Positions 56,508 through 64,000 of a stretch of 64,000 nt of DNA are shown piece after piece. A program made the translations under genes and the position numbers. The notes below the pieces were generated by a model, which saw only the letters and a program-made list of their open reading frames with translations, had not been told where the DNA came from and did not search any database. The DNA comes from Gammaproteobacteria bacterium. GTDB lineage: Bacteria; Pseudomonadota; Gammaproteobacteria; Poriferisulfidales; Poriferisulfidaceae. The first letter of the stretch is position 1. Every line of letters begins with the position of its first letter. The stretch covers positions 3,227 through 67,226 of the forward strand of contig JAPONY010000055.1 of the NCBI GenBank assembly GCA_026713705.1, given 5' to 3'.

Positions 56508-57832
56508 CTGTTTGGGTTCGCGCTTGTGCGTGGGGTCTGATCCTATCAATAATCCCCACAGTCTCCGATGCGCAAATCAAGCTTCCGAGCAGTGAGGAAT
56601 TGGGTTTGTATTACACGCTTGGGGGTTCGCGTGCGGTTCCCCCGACTCCCGGCCAGACGTTACGCATCAAACTGCTTCCAGACATTCAGGCGGGGGCTAC
56701 CTACAGCTGCGGAAAGTTCGACTTTCGCTTTCAGGTCGAAGAAATCCTAAAACGGTTGGAAGATCAACTAACGACCCTGAAATCGCTTCCGGAACAGATC
56801 CTTTTGGCCTTGCCGGGCGGTTTGTTCTGTCGGGCCTTTCCAGGTGCCTGTCAGTTGATGCAGTACTACACCATCCGCGCGGGTGAAGCATATAAGTTAG
56901 CGCTTGGCTCCTGCCAGGAAATAGAGAAAGGGATTGCCGATCGGGGGCCTGCTGGCGCTTGGACGAAGATTGCCAAGTCGCTGGAGTGGGGGCAGCAGGC
57001 GCATGAGGGAAGCAATGTGCTGGAAGCACAGGAAGAAGCGGAGGAAGCTCCCGAAAAGGGATTGGCTTGGGTTGGCGGCCAACGTGCAGGGGGTGTAGGT
57101 CAGGACTTAATTCGCCCGGTTTATGACAGCACTCGTGCCGGGTGGTGTCTGCTGAACGGTGAGCCGGTCACATGCCGGGAATCCGAACGTACAACTGAAA
57201 TTTCAAGTTTGTTCGAGACTCCAGAAGCTGCAGCGAATTGGTTGGTCGACATCTCTGGTGAACAGGCCATCAGTTTGGTTGACAGTGCGCCGAGTCCGAC
57301 TATTACCGGACATGGTCTGTTGCCTTTGATCGAGACCGAGCGACAACGCATCGAGGAAATTCTGCAGCGGTTGGTCAAAACCGATCTGGTGGAATTAACA
57401 AGCGAAGATTTGACGAACATCTCAAGCCGCAATCTGGCGATGCGTCGGGAAATTATCGACGGTTTGCAAGCCCATCCGGATGCGGAATGGCGTATTCAGC
57501 GCTTGGCGTCGGAGTTGGCGACTGCGCGAATCGTGGAGAAGACCTTTGTTGCTAGGGCCGCCTTGATGGCAGGGCGCCAAGAACCGAATGTTGCGGCATT
57601 GGCTCCAGCCCAGGAGGCGCTGGGCACGGCATTCGAACGCATCAATCATCAGGTGGATTTCGTACTGAATGAAGTGCAAGCTTCGCACCGCTTGGCGTCC
57701 GAAACGATCCGGACCTTTATCGAATACGAAATGCTCGGTGGCGTCCTCAAGCCGATCCGGTTGAGTCCTCCCGAGGATACCGATTCCCGATTGATCGATG
57801 GCGGGTTTCCACTTCCGAAGGAAGAACCCTAA
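56504..57832 (+). CDS. ICE protein with signal peptide (PFL_4711/TIGR03755-like)
   Basis: 442 aa. N-terminal signal peptide. Coupled to traC and the following gene. Confidence 0.4.
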   Translation: MTVWVRACAWGLILSIIPTVSDAQIKLPSSEELGLYYTLGGSRAVPPTPGQTLRIKLLPDIQAGATYSCGKFDFRFQVEEILKRLEDQLTTLKSLPEQILLALPGGLFCRAFPGACQLMQYYTIRAGEAYKLALGSCQEIEKGIADRGPAGAWTKIAKSLEWGQQAHEGSNVLEAQEEAEEAPEKGLAWVGGQRAGGVGQDLIRPVYDSTRAGWCLLNGEPVTCRESERTTEISSLFETPEAAANWLVDISGEQAISLVDSAPSPTITGHGLLPLIETERQRIEEILQRLVKTDLVELTSEDLTNISSRNLAMRREIIDGLQAHPDAEWRIQRLASELATARIVEKTFVARAALMAGRQEPNVAALAPAQEALGTAFERINHQVDFVLNEVQASHRLASETIRTFIEYEMLGGVLKPIRLSPPEDTDSRLIDGGFPLPKEEP

Positions 57833-58203
57833 TGGATAGTTTCCGGGTGCGCCGCATACTTTGGTTCCTGCTGGCTATCTTGGCGGGAGGAACAGTATTT
57901 TTCTATGCGGCACAGCAATTGGCGGATGCGACTCCAGACTCTTTGGGTCGTACGGCCGCCATCATGTCGCGGTGGAAAGACTTCTTTGAGCGCTATGGTC
58001 TCTGGCTTCACCTGGGTGCACACGGGGCAACCTACCTGTACCTGATTTTGCGTTGGCCACAACTGGTCTGCTGGGTCGATCGGCGGCGGGCCGCACGGGG
58101 ATACACGCCGCTGTCGGTGGTCGAGCAGCGCCGGCTGGTGTGGGCCGTGATCACTGTCTGCGTGACTTACGAAGGCTTGTTGATGTTGCGCTATCTGGAT
58201 TGA
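57832..58203 (+). CDS. ICE small membrane protein
   Basis: 123 aa, three hydrophobic helices. Confidence 0.35.
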   Translation: MDSFRVRRILWFLLAILAGGTVFFYAAQQLADATPDSLGRTAAIMSRWKDFFERYGLWLHLGAHGATYLYLILRWPQLVCWVDRRRAARGYTPLSVVEQRRLVWAVITVCVTYEGLLMLRYLD

Positions 58204-58208
58204 CGGGA

Positions 58209-59780
58209 ATGTACGCGACGATCCCCGCGTTCAGCCACATAGAGGTCTACTTGACCATGTTTGGCTGGAGCATGTACGAGCTACTGTTCGAACTGGCCGA
58301 CGACCTCAACCTGCTCCTGATTCCATTTCTGGTGGTGATCGTTCGCAACTTCATTGTTCCGCTTAGCACCGAAAACATTTTCCCTAACAGCGGGGGTTCT
58401 GTCAGTCAGATGAGAGTGGACCTCCCGGTGGCACTGGTGGTGTTCATTTTCATGGTCGTGCCTTATGTCAAGGTTGAGCCGAACTCTATCGAATACACCC
58501 CGGTCTGCCAACTTGGAAGTGTTACTCATACCTACGGGGACACTGGCACTACTTACGACACCACCCAGTTGGCCCGTTTTCATGAGAAACATCCCAGAGT
58601 TCCAATATTCTGGGCCGTGGTGCTGTCGGTCAGTGGTGGCATCACTCAGGCCGTGCTGCAGCATTTGCCATGCTTTCAGGATTACTCTGGGCTCGCATTC
58701 CGAACCCGCCACGCTTTCATCAAGGACCCGGGCATCCGCCAGGAATTTGATCATTTTGCTAGTCAGTGCTTTGTGCCAGCTTGGCGAAAATATGAGATCT
58801 TCCGGCCTTCAGAAGAAATTGTGCCGCGTAAGGATGCAGAGTATCCGGGTAACCGCTATTTTCTGGAAGAGCCTGGATATTACGCTCTATGCAGCGCGGT
58901 CACGGAGCAGGGCGCCTGTTCGTTCGATCCCTACCCCCGGCCTCGAACGACGGTCAAGCGTTGGAAGGGGGATCATCAGTTGCCAGTTTGCCGGGACTGG
59001 TGGCTTGGCAATGGAGAGAATGAGGGCTTGTTGAAAATTCTGGCACGCTTTGTGCCAGATATGGACTGGATTGCGGACTTCACCAAGGGGACTTATAGCC
59101 AGGACTTCATTGAAGAACAAATGGTTCGCAACACTATCCTCAACGGTCCGCGTCGTTATGGCATCGGTGGGCCAGACAATGAGATACTGGCAGGCCTTGC
59201 AGCGTTTGCCGCAGGCTCTGGAATTGCCAGTGGTTTGGCTGCCTGGGCTGCGAGCGGTAGCCTTGCGGCATTCACGCTATCCACTGCGGTTGGCGCAACT
59301 GCTTTCGTCGGGTCCGAAGCACTGGGGCTGTATGCCCGGTTGCATATCATGCGGCGGATTGCGCCCATGGCGCAGAGCCTGATGCTGATGGTGCTGTATA
59401 TGCTTCTGGGAGCGTATTTGTTCCTGACTTTCTACAGCCTAACGGCGGCCCTGAGAATCATGATCATGATAGTGGCGGTCCGGTTGTTTTCAATGATGTT
59501 TGGCATATCGAATTTCCTTGACGATACGCTGATAGATGCAATGTATCCCGGTATGAAGCTTGGCGATGCCGGGCGCTGGGAAGTGGACCGGATCGCTCTT
59601 GGCTACGGCACGATGGCATTACACATGCTGCTGCCCCTGGGAATGTTGTGGGTGATTTATGCAGCGGGTAATGCTGCCATGCGAGGGTTGGATGCGCTGG
59701 GGCCCTCTTCGGATCCGACCGGAGTCGGAAATGCCGGTCGCGTCAGCACTCTAGGGATGGCGCGCAACATCAAACGATGA
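58209..59780 (+). CDS. traG: TraG-N-like polytopic membrane conjugation protein (mating-pair stabilisation family)
   Basis: 523 aa with 8+ TM helices. Last gene of the cluster. The track start at 58053 overlaps the previous gene; the ATG at 58209 is preferred. Confidence 0.45.
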   Translation: MYATIPAFSHIEVYLTMFGWSMYELLFELADDLNLLLIPFLVVIVRNFIVPLSTENIFPNSGGSVSQMRVDLPVALVVFIFMVVPYVKVEPNSIEYTPVCQLGSVTHTYGDTGTTYDTTQLARFHEKHPRVPIFWAVVLSVSGGITQAVLQHLPCFQDYSGLAFRTRHAFIKDPGIRQEFDHFASQCFVPAWRKYEIFRPSEEIVPRKDAEYPGNRYFLEEPGYYALCSAVTEQGACSFDPYPRPRTTVKRWKGDHQLPVCRDWWLGNGENEGLLKILARFVPDMDWIADFTKGTYSQDFIEEQMVRNTILNGPRRYGIGGPDNEILAGLAAFAAGSGIASGLAAWAASGSLAAFTLSTAVGATAFVGSEALGLYARLHIMRRIAPMAQSLMLMVLYMLLGAYLFLTFYSLTAALRIMIMIVAVRLFSMMFGISNFLDDTLIDAMYPGMKLGDAGRWEVDRIALGYGTMALHMLLPLGMLWVIYAAGNAAMRGLDALGPSSDPTGVGNAGRVSTLGMARNIKR

Positions 59781-59966
59781 TACGGAATTCGGAGTAGACA
59801 TGAGGTTCGCACGGACTGTTTTCTTTGAACCAAAGGAGGGTCTATTCGGATTGTTGGGGGCCCGCGTCCACGTGTTTCCCTCTAAGCCATCGCGTATGAG
59901 ATCAATGCGAAGAACCAGCCTATCCGAATCGATGGTTGATCACACTTTCATTCAAGGAGGAATTTT

Positions 59967-60479
59967 ATGACATCACCAAATCCAAAAACCAGCCACACCA
60001 AAAGTGTAGCGAAGCCAACACCGCCACCAAATTTTGATACTATGAGTGCTATGAGAATGCTGACGAAAGCTGGCTTCACTCAGGATCAGGCAAGTGCCAT
60101 AGTTGGGACTGTGCGCGATGCTCAACGTGAACTTGCCACAAAAACCGACTTGGACCAGGCAGTTGGTGAACTGAAGGCTGACTTGGGCCTAGCGTTTAGT
60201 GAACTGAAGGCTGACTTGGGCCTAGCGTTTAATGGACTGAAAGCAGATTCGGACTTGGCGTTGAGTGGATTGAAGGCAGATTCGGGCTTGGCATTTAGTG
60301 GATTGAGGGCAGAGATGGAGGCCATGAAATTTACGTTGCAAAAAAATCTGGAAGAGCAAGACAGTAAGGTAGAGCGACAATTCACTCAACTCTATCGGCA
60401 TCTTTGGATTGGCACGGGCATGACTATCACTGCGGTAACCAGCATCCTCGGCATGATGATAGTTTTTTCTGGCGGATAA
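59967..60479 (+). CDS. DUF1640-like coiled-coil/TM protein, paralog C, with internal 11-aa tandem repeats
   Basis: Strong SD (AAGGAGG) 7 nt upstream. ...TKAGFTQDQASAIVGTVRDAQRELATKTDLDQAVGELKADLGLAFS x4, with a C-terminal TM helix. 170 aa. Confidence 0.55.
   Translation: MTSPNPKTSHTKSVAKPTPPPNFDTMSAMRMLTKAGFTQDQASAIVGTVRDAQRELATKTDLDQAVGELKADLGLAFSELKADLGLAFNGLKADSDLALSGLKADSGLAFSGLRAEMEAMKFTLQKNLEEQDSKVERQFTQLYRHLWIGTGMTITAVTSILGMMIVFSGG
60168..60299 (+). repeat. 4 tandem copies of a 33-bp repeat inside the DUF1640-like gene
   Basis: GAACTGAAGGCTGACTTGGGCCTAGCGTTTAGT repeated; copies 1 and 2 differ by 1 nt, copies 3 and 4 are diverged. The repeat is in-frame, encoding ELKADLGLAFS units. 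Confidence 0.85.
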
Positions 60480-60625
60480 GTAATTTGTGCAACTTCCCCT
60501 TTGGGTTTGGAGAACTCATTCACTTCCAGCTTTAAACTGCTCTTCTGAACTGACCTAATTTTTTGATGAATCTTGGCATACTGAGGTGTACAATCAGGAT
60601 AGCATTCCCGACTAGGAATTTATTT

Positions 60626-61141
60626 ATGGCAGTTCAGGAAATCAAGGCAAGCGAAGCCCGACGTTGGCTGGATGAAGGCCGTGCCGAGTTAATTGATATT
60701 CGTGATTCCGGGGAACGTAGTCAGATGAGAATCCCTGACGCTCGGTGGATACCTTTGACAGGATTGGAAGCGGGGCTAAAGGCCGATCCGCATCAGAAGA
60801 TTGGCATTTTCCACTGCCGCAGTGGCCGTCGGACACAGATGTACGCGGACAAACTAACAAGTGTAGGTTATCCCGAGACATATACTCTAGAGGGAGGCAT
60901 CATGGCTTGGAAAAAGGCCGGTTACCCGGTCGCATCGGATTCCAAGGCTCCTATTGAGATCATGCGCCAAGTCCAGATTGCTGCGGGTAGCTTGGTTCTG
61001 CTTGGCGTAATCTTAGGGGTATGGGTTGATGCTAATTTCTTCTGGTTGTCTGGTTTTATAGGAGCGGGCTTGGTTTTCTCTGGTGCCACTGGCTCCTGTG
61101 GGATGGCTTCGATGCTTTCCAAGTTGCCATTTAATCGCTAA
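60626..61141 (+). CDS. Inner-membrane rhodanese-domain protein (YgaP-like: rhodanese + C-terminal DUF2892 TM domain)
   Basis: Rhodanese active-site loop FHCRSGRRT. C-terminal two TM helices with a GxCG region (GATGSCGMAS). 171 aa. Confidence 0.65.
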   Translation: MAVQEIKASEARRWLDEGRAELIDIRDSGERSQMRIPDARWIPLTGLEAGLKADPHQKIGIFHCRSGRRTQMYADKLTSVGYPETYTLEGGIMAWKKAGYPVASDSKAPIEIMRQVQIAAGSLVLLGVILGVWVDANFFWLSGFIGAGLVFSGATGSCGMASMLSKLPFNR

Positions 61142-61206
61142 AACGATTCCAACGCCGACTACTCTCGGCCGTGAGCGCCGGGTAATTCTCGAAAACCTGT
61201 GCGACA

Positions 61207-62775
61207 TTAATGTCGAAAGTGACGCATTCCAGTAAACATCATTGCTATGCCATGCTCATTGGCTGCAGCAATAACCTCGTCGTCCCTCAGGCTTCCGCCT
61301 GGCTGAATGACCGCTGCGATGCCGACTTCGTGGGCGGCATCAATCCCATCGCGAAACGGGAAAAACGCATCTGAAGCCATTACGGCACCATCCAGCGGCA
61401 GGTTTTCATCCGCAGCTTTGATGGCGGCGATCCGTGCTGAATAGATTCGACTCATCTGCCCCGCTCCAATCCCGACAGTGCATTGGTCGCGTACGTAGAT
61501 AATGGCGTTGGATTTGACGAATTTGGCGATTTTCCAGGCGAATAGAAGGTCGCGATGCTCGTTCTCAGTAGGAGACCGTTCGGTCACCACGCGCATTGCG
61601 CTGGGATCCAAGAGTTCGTGATCAGCAGTTTGCGCAAGTAGTCCACCGCTGATGCTGCGTACGGTTGCGCAATGGTCGCTAGTCTGGGTAGTGCCTGTGG
61701 CGAGCACCCGCACCTTGGGTTTTTCAGCTAGAACCTCCAATGCGTCTTTATGGAAATCCGGTGCAATCAGGACTTCCACGAATTGCCGCTCGATGATTGT
61801 TTGGGCAATCGGACCGGTTACTGTCCGGTTGAATGCGATGATGCCGCCGAATGCCGAAGTGGGGTCAGCCCGATAAGCTCCTTCGTAGGCGGATTCGATG
61901 TTGTCTGTCTCCGCCGCACCACAGGGGTTGGCATGCTTGACGATGACGCAAGCGGGTTTTCCGAATGCTTGAACGCACTCCCAGGCAGCATCCGTGTCAA
62001 CGAGGTTGTTGTACGAGAGTTCCCGTCCCTGATGGAGGGTGGCAGAAGCCAAGGTGCCTGGGGGCGGATTGTCGAAGCGATAAAGTGCTGCTTGTTGGTG
62101 CGGGTTTTCACCATACCGCAGTATCGAGTGCCGGTTCAAAGCCAGATGCATGCCCTGGCCGAAAAAATTGTCTGGCTCAAGCTGGTTGCCGAGGTAGTGC
62201 GCAATGTCCGCATCGTAGGCTGCGACATGTGAAAAGGCTTTGACAGCTAATTCAAACCGCATTTCTCTACTAATGCCTTCTTTAGTGCTGACGATTTCAG
62301 ATATCCTCGAATAATCGGAGGGGTCGACCACTACACAGCAATGTGCATGGTTTTTGGCAGCGCCACGCAACATGGCTGGGCCGCCAATATCAATGTTCTC
62401 GATTGCTTCCTGAAAACTACAATCTAGCCGGGCGATAGTCTGTGCGAAAGGATACAGGTTGACGACCAGAAGGTCGATGGCTTCTATTCCGTGCAGAGCA
62501 CAAACCTCAAGGTCTTGTTCTCCGCGAGACAGCAGGGCACCATGGATTTTAGGGTGGAGGGTCTTGACCCGTCCGTCCATGATCTCCGGGAAGCCGGTCA
62601 ATTCGGAGACTTCTCGGACCGTCAAGCCAGATTCGCGGAGTGTCGCGGCTGTGCCGCCGGTGGAGACTAATTCGACTCCATTTTCAGCCAACACCTGGGC
62701 CAGTTCAACGATGCCGGATTTGTCCGAGACGCTCACAAGCGCTCTCCGTATGGCCAAGAGGTCGGGAGAATTCAT
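61207..62775 (-). CDS. purH: Bifunctional AICAR transformylase / IMP cyclohydrolase
   Basis: MGS-like N-terminus (RRALVSVSDKSGIVELAQVL) and an AICARFT domain. 522 aa. Confidence 0.9.
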   Translation of the reverse strand: MNSPDLLAIRRALVSVSDKSGIVELAQVLAENGVELVSTGGTAATLRESGLTVREVSELTGFPEIMDGRVKTLHPKIHGALLSRGEQDLEVCALHGIEAIDLLVVNLYPFAQTIARLDCSFQEAIENIDIGGPAMLRGAAKNHAHCCVVVDPSDYSRISEIVSTKEGISREMRFELAVKAFSHVAAYDADIAHYLGNQLEPDNFFGQGMHLALNRHSILRYGENPHQQAALYRFDNPPPGTLASATLHQGRELSYNNLVDTDAAWECVQAFGKPACVIVKHANPCGAAETDNIESAYEGAYRADPTSAFGGIIAFNRTVTGPIAQTIIERQFVEVLIAPDFHKDALEVLAEKPKVRVLATGTTQTSDHCATVRSISGGLLAQTADHELLDPSAMRVVTERSPTENEHRDLLFAWKIAKFVKSNAIIYVRDQCTVGIGAGQMSRIYSARIAAIKAADENLPLDGAVMASDAFFPFRDGIDAAHEVGIAAVIQPGGSLRDDEVIAAANEHGIAMMFTGMRHFRH

Positions 62776-62807
62776 GAACCGAGAAAATGCGATGTTTGGC
62801 AGTATGC

Positions 62808-64000
62808 TTACTCTTCCTGGCCTTCACTTTGAGAGGCATGCTGCTCCATCTGAAAAGAGACCCGGAGCAACTGGTCTTTAAGCATCTTGATGGTATTCGG
62901 ATCAAGCTTTGACCGAAGTCGTTGTGCCTGCCACTCAGCGACCGCGTCATAGACGCAGTGCCGGAAGTAGTTGATCAATCCCTGCTCTCCCTCGACGTTC
63001 AAGACGTGTGGGTGCTGAAGATTGATGATAACGATTATCTTACCGTTCTGCCCTGTTTCGCAGACGACGTAGGGGTCATTTGGCCCAAAATCGCCGCTGA
63101 CGATATAAACCCAGACTTCAATCTGATCTAGGACAGCACGAATATCAGGCTGTCTGGTGGATTTCACAGGTTCGGCGATCCGCTCCAAGCTTTCGTTTAA
63201 AGCGCTTTCTTCGGGTAGAACAGTGATTGAAACTTTGTCAATCATTTCCGGTGAGAGAAGCTCATCTTTCAGACCAGCAATCGCTATATCTACTTCACCT
63301 GCCGAGGGCCCACGTGGGTCTTCTTGATCTTTCCAAGGGGTCCGGGCAGTGCTAATCAAGTTGGCAATCTGCTTTTCGAGCTTTTTTTCAACCTGCTCCT
63401 CGTCATCCCCATACCACTGTATGTTGTCCTTGGTATGAGTGACTTCGAACTCATCAAGGTGGATTTCTCCGAGAAGGCGCTGGTTGATCAAGTCGTTGCG
63501 GTTCAGACCGAAAATACACTCAGGTCGCCAAGCATCTGGCCAACCGTAGACAACTCGATTGGCGTGAAGGATCGAAAATCCGGTATCGGCTCGAGCGCCA
63601 CGATCCAAGATGCCTGCCCAACCATATACTGTCTTGCCATTGATCTCGAACGAAAATTCATTCTTAAATGGCTCTCCAGCACGGTTGACCCGTAGACGAT
63701 CCTCAAACTCTTCCCAGGTTAATTGTTCGCCGTTGTAAAAGAGTGCGAGCGAGCCACTGCGAAAGTCTTGACGGTACATCGACTTTAAGTAACTTTTGAT
63801 CTTGCCAATGGTGCGCCCCTTGAATTCGCGATGATGATTAAAGATTTCGAGGCGTGTGTAGTGTGCAGCCGGATCCATGTTCTTCACGATGGTGGTTTTC
63901 AGTTCGGGATCGCCGTTTTCAATCTTTTCCACATCGACCTCAACGGTATACTCTTCTGTTTCTCCGAGCTTCTTGGTAACAATTACCCAGCGATTGCCAA
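62808..64000 (-). CDS. Hypothetical protein, 5'-truncated at window edge; lower GC than surroundings
   Basis: The frame stays open to the window end. No family recognised from the 397 aa seen. Codon usage and GC (~50%) are atypical for this genome. Confidence 0.45.
   Translation of the reverse strand, partial: GNRWVIVTKKLGETEEYTVEVDVEKIENGDPELKTTIVKNMDPAAHYTRLEIFNHHREFKGRTIGKIKSYLKSMYRQDFRSGSLALFYNGEQLTWEEFEDRLRVNRAGEPFKNEFSFEINGKTVYGWAGILDRGARADTGFSILHANRVVYGWPDAWRPECIFGLNRNDLINQRLLGEIHLDEFEVTHTKDNIQWYGDDEEQVEKKLEKQIANLISTARTPWKDQEDPRGPSAGEVDIAIAGLKDELLSPEMIDKVSITVLPEESALNESLERIAEPVKSTRQPDIRAVLDQIEVWVYIVSGDFGPNDPYVVCETGQNGKIIVIINLQHPHVLNVEGEQGLINYFRHCVYDAVAEWQAQRLRSKLDPNTIKMLKDQLLRVSFQMEQHASQSEGQEE

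Noticed and set aside
59842-59930. 8-bp inverted repeat ATTCGGAT...ATCCGAAT separated by ~70 nt downstream of traG-like gene
   Set aside because: The repeat is short and the spacing is wide. It could mark an element boundary, but a match of this length is expected by chance.
1-64000. CRISPR arrays, rRNA or tRNA genes
   Set aside because: No regularly spaced short direct repeats with unique spacers were seen. No rRNA-like stretches. No obvious tRNA cloverleaf candidates at island boundaries (46250-46450, 59780-59970) by eye. A tRNAscan run would be needed for certainty.

Overview
High-GC (~63-65%) gammaproteobacterial chromosomal segment, possibly Methylococcaceae-like; the taxon is inference only. 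Most of the window is conserved housekeeping synteny on both strands. Left to right: the znuA 3' end; an SDR plus sterol-reductase-like membrane protein pair; nhaP; a GltB-like FMN protein; an LplT-Aas fusion; hisI; cysS; a seven-gene operon of unknown function fused to fadE-fadI-fadJ-fadD; a secreted metallophosphoesterase; rnr-rlmB-purD; rho-trxA; rpoZ-spoT; ridA-recG; zapD-coaE-pilD; a PQQ-dependent sugar dehydrogenase; parDE; nadE; bamD-rluD-pgeF. A ~13 kb accessory module follows (46.4-59.8 kb). It encodes a GI/ICE-type (MPF-G, tfc-like) type IV secretion mating-pair-formation gene set: RAQPRD lipoprotein, pilin-like protein, TraU-like protein, TraC/VirB4 ATPase and TraG-N-like protein. 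No integrase, relaxase or coupling protein is visible in the window. After it come a DUF1640-like gene, a YgaP-like rhodanese, purH, and a low-GC partial gene at the right edge. The most unusual signal is a ~130 bp AT-rich repeated element with three CTTTACA direct repeats and a 9-bp inverted repeat AAAATGGTC-N10-GACCATTTT. It sits upstream of the T4SS operons and upstream of small DUF1640-like coiled-coil/TM genes inserted after spoT, where a ~180 bp copy of the spoT 3' end is also duplicated. This links the spoT-adjacent cassette to the conjugative module. Many long ORFs in the track are antisense shadow ORFs typical of high-GC DNA and were rejected.
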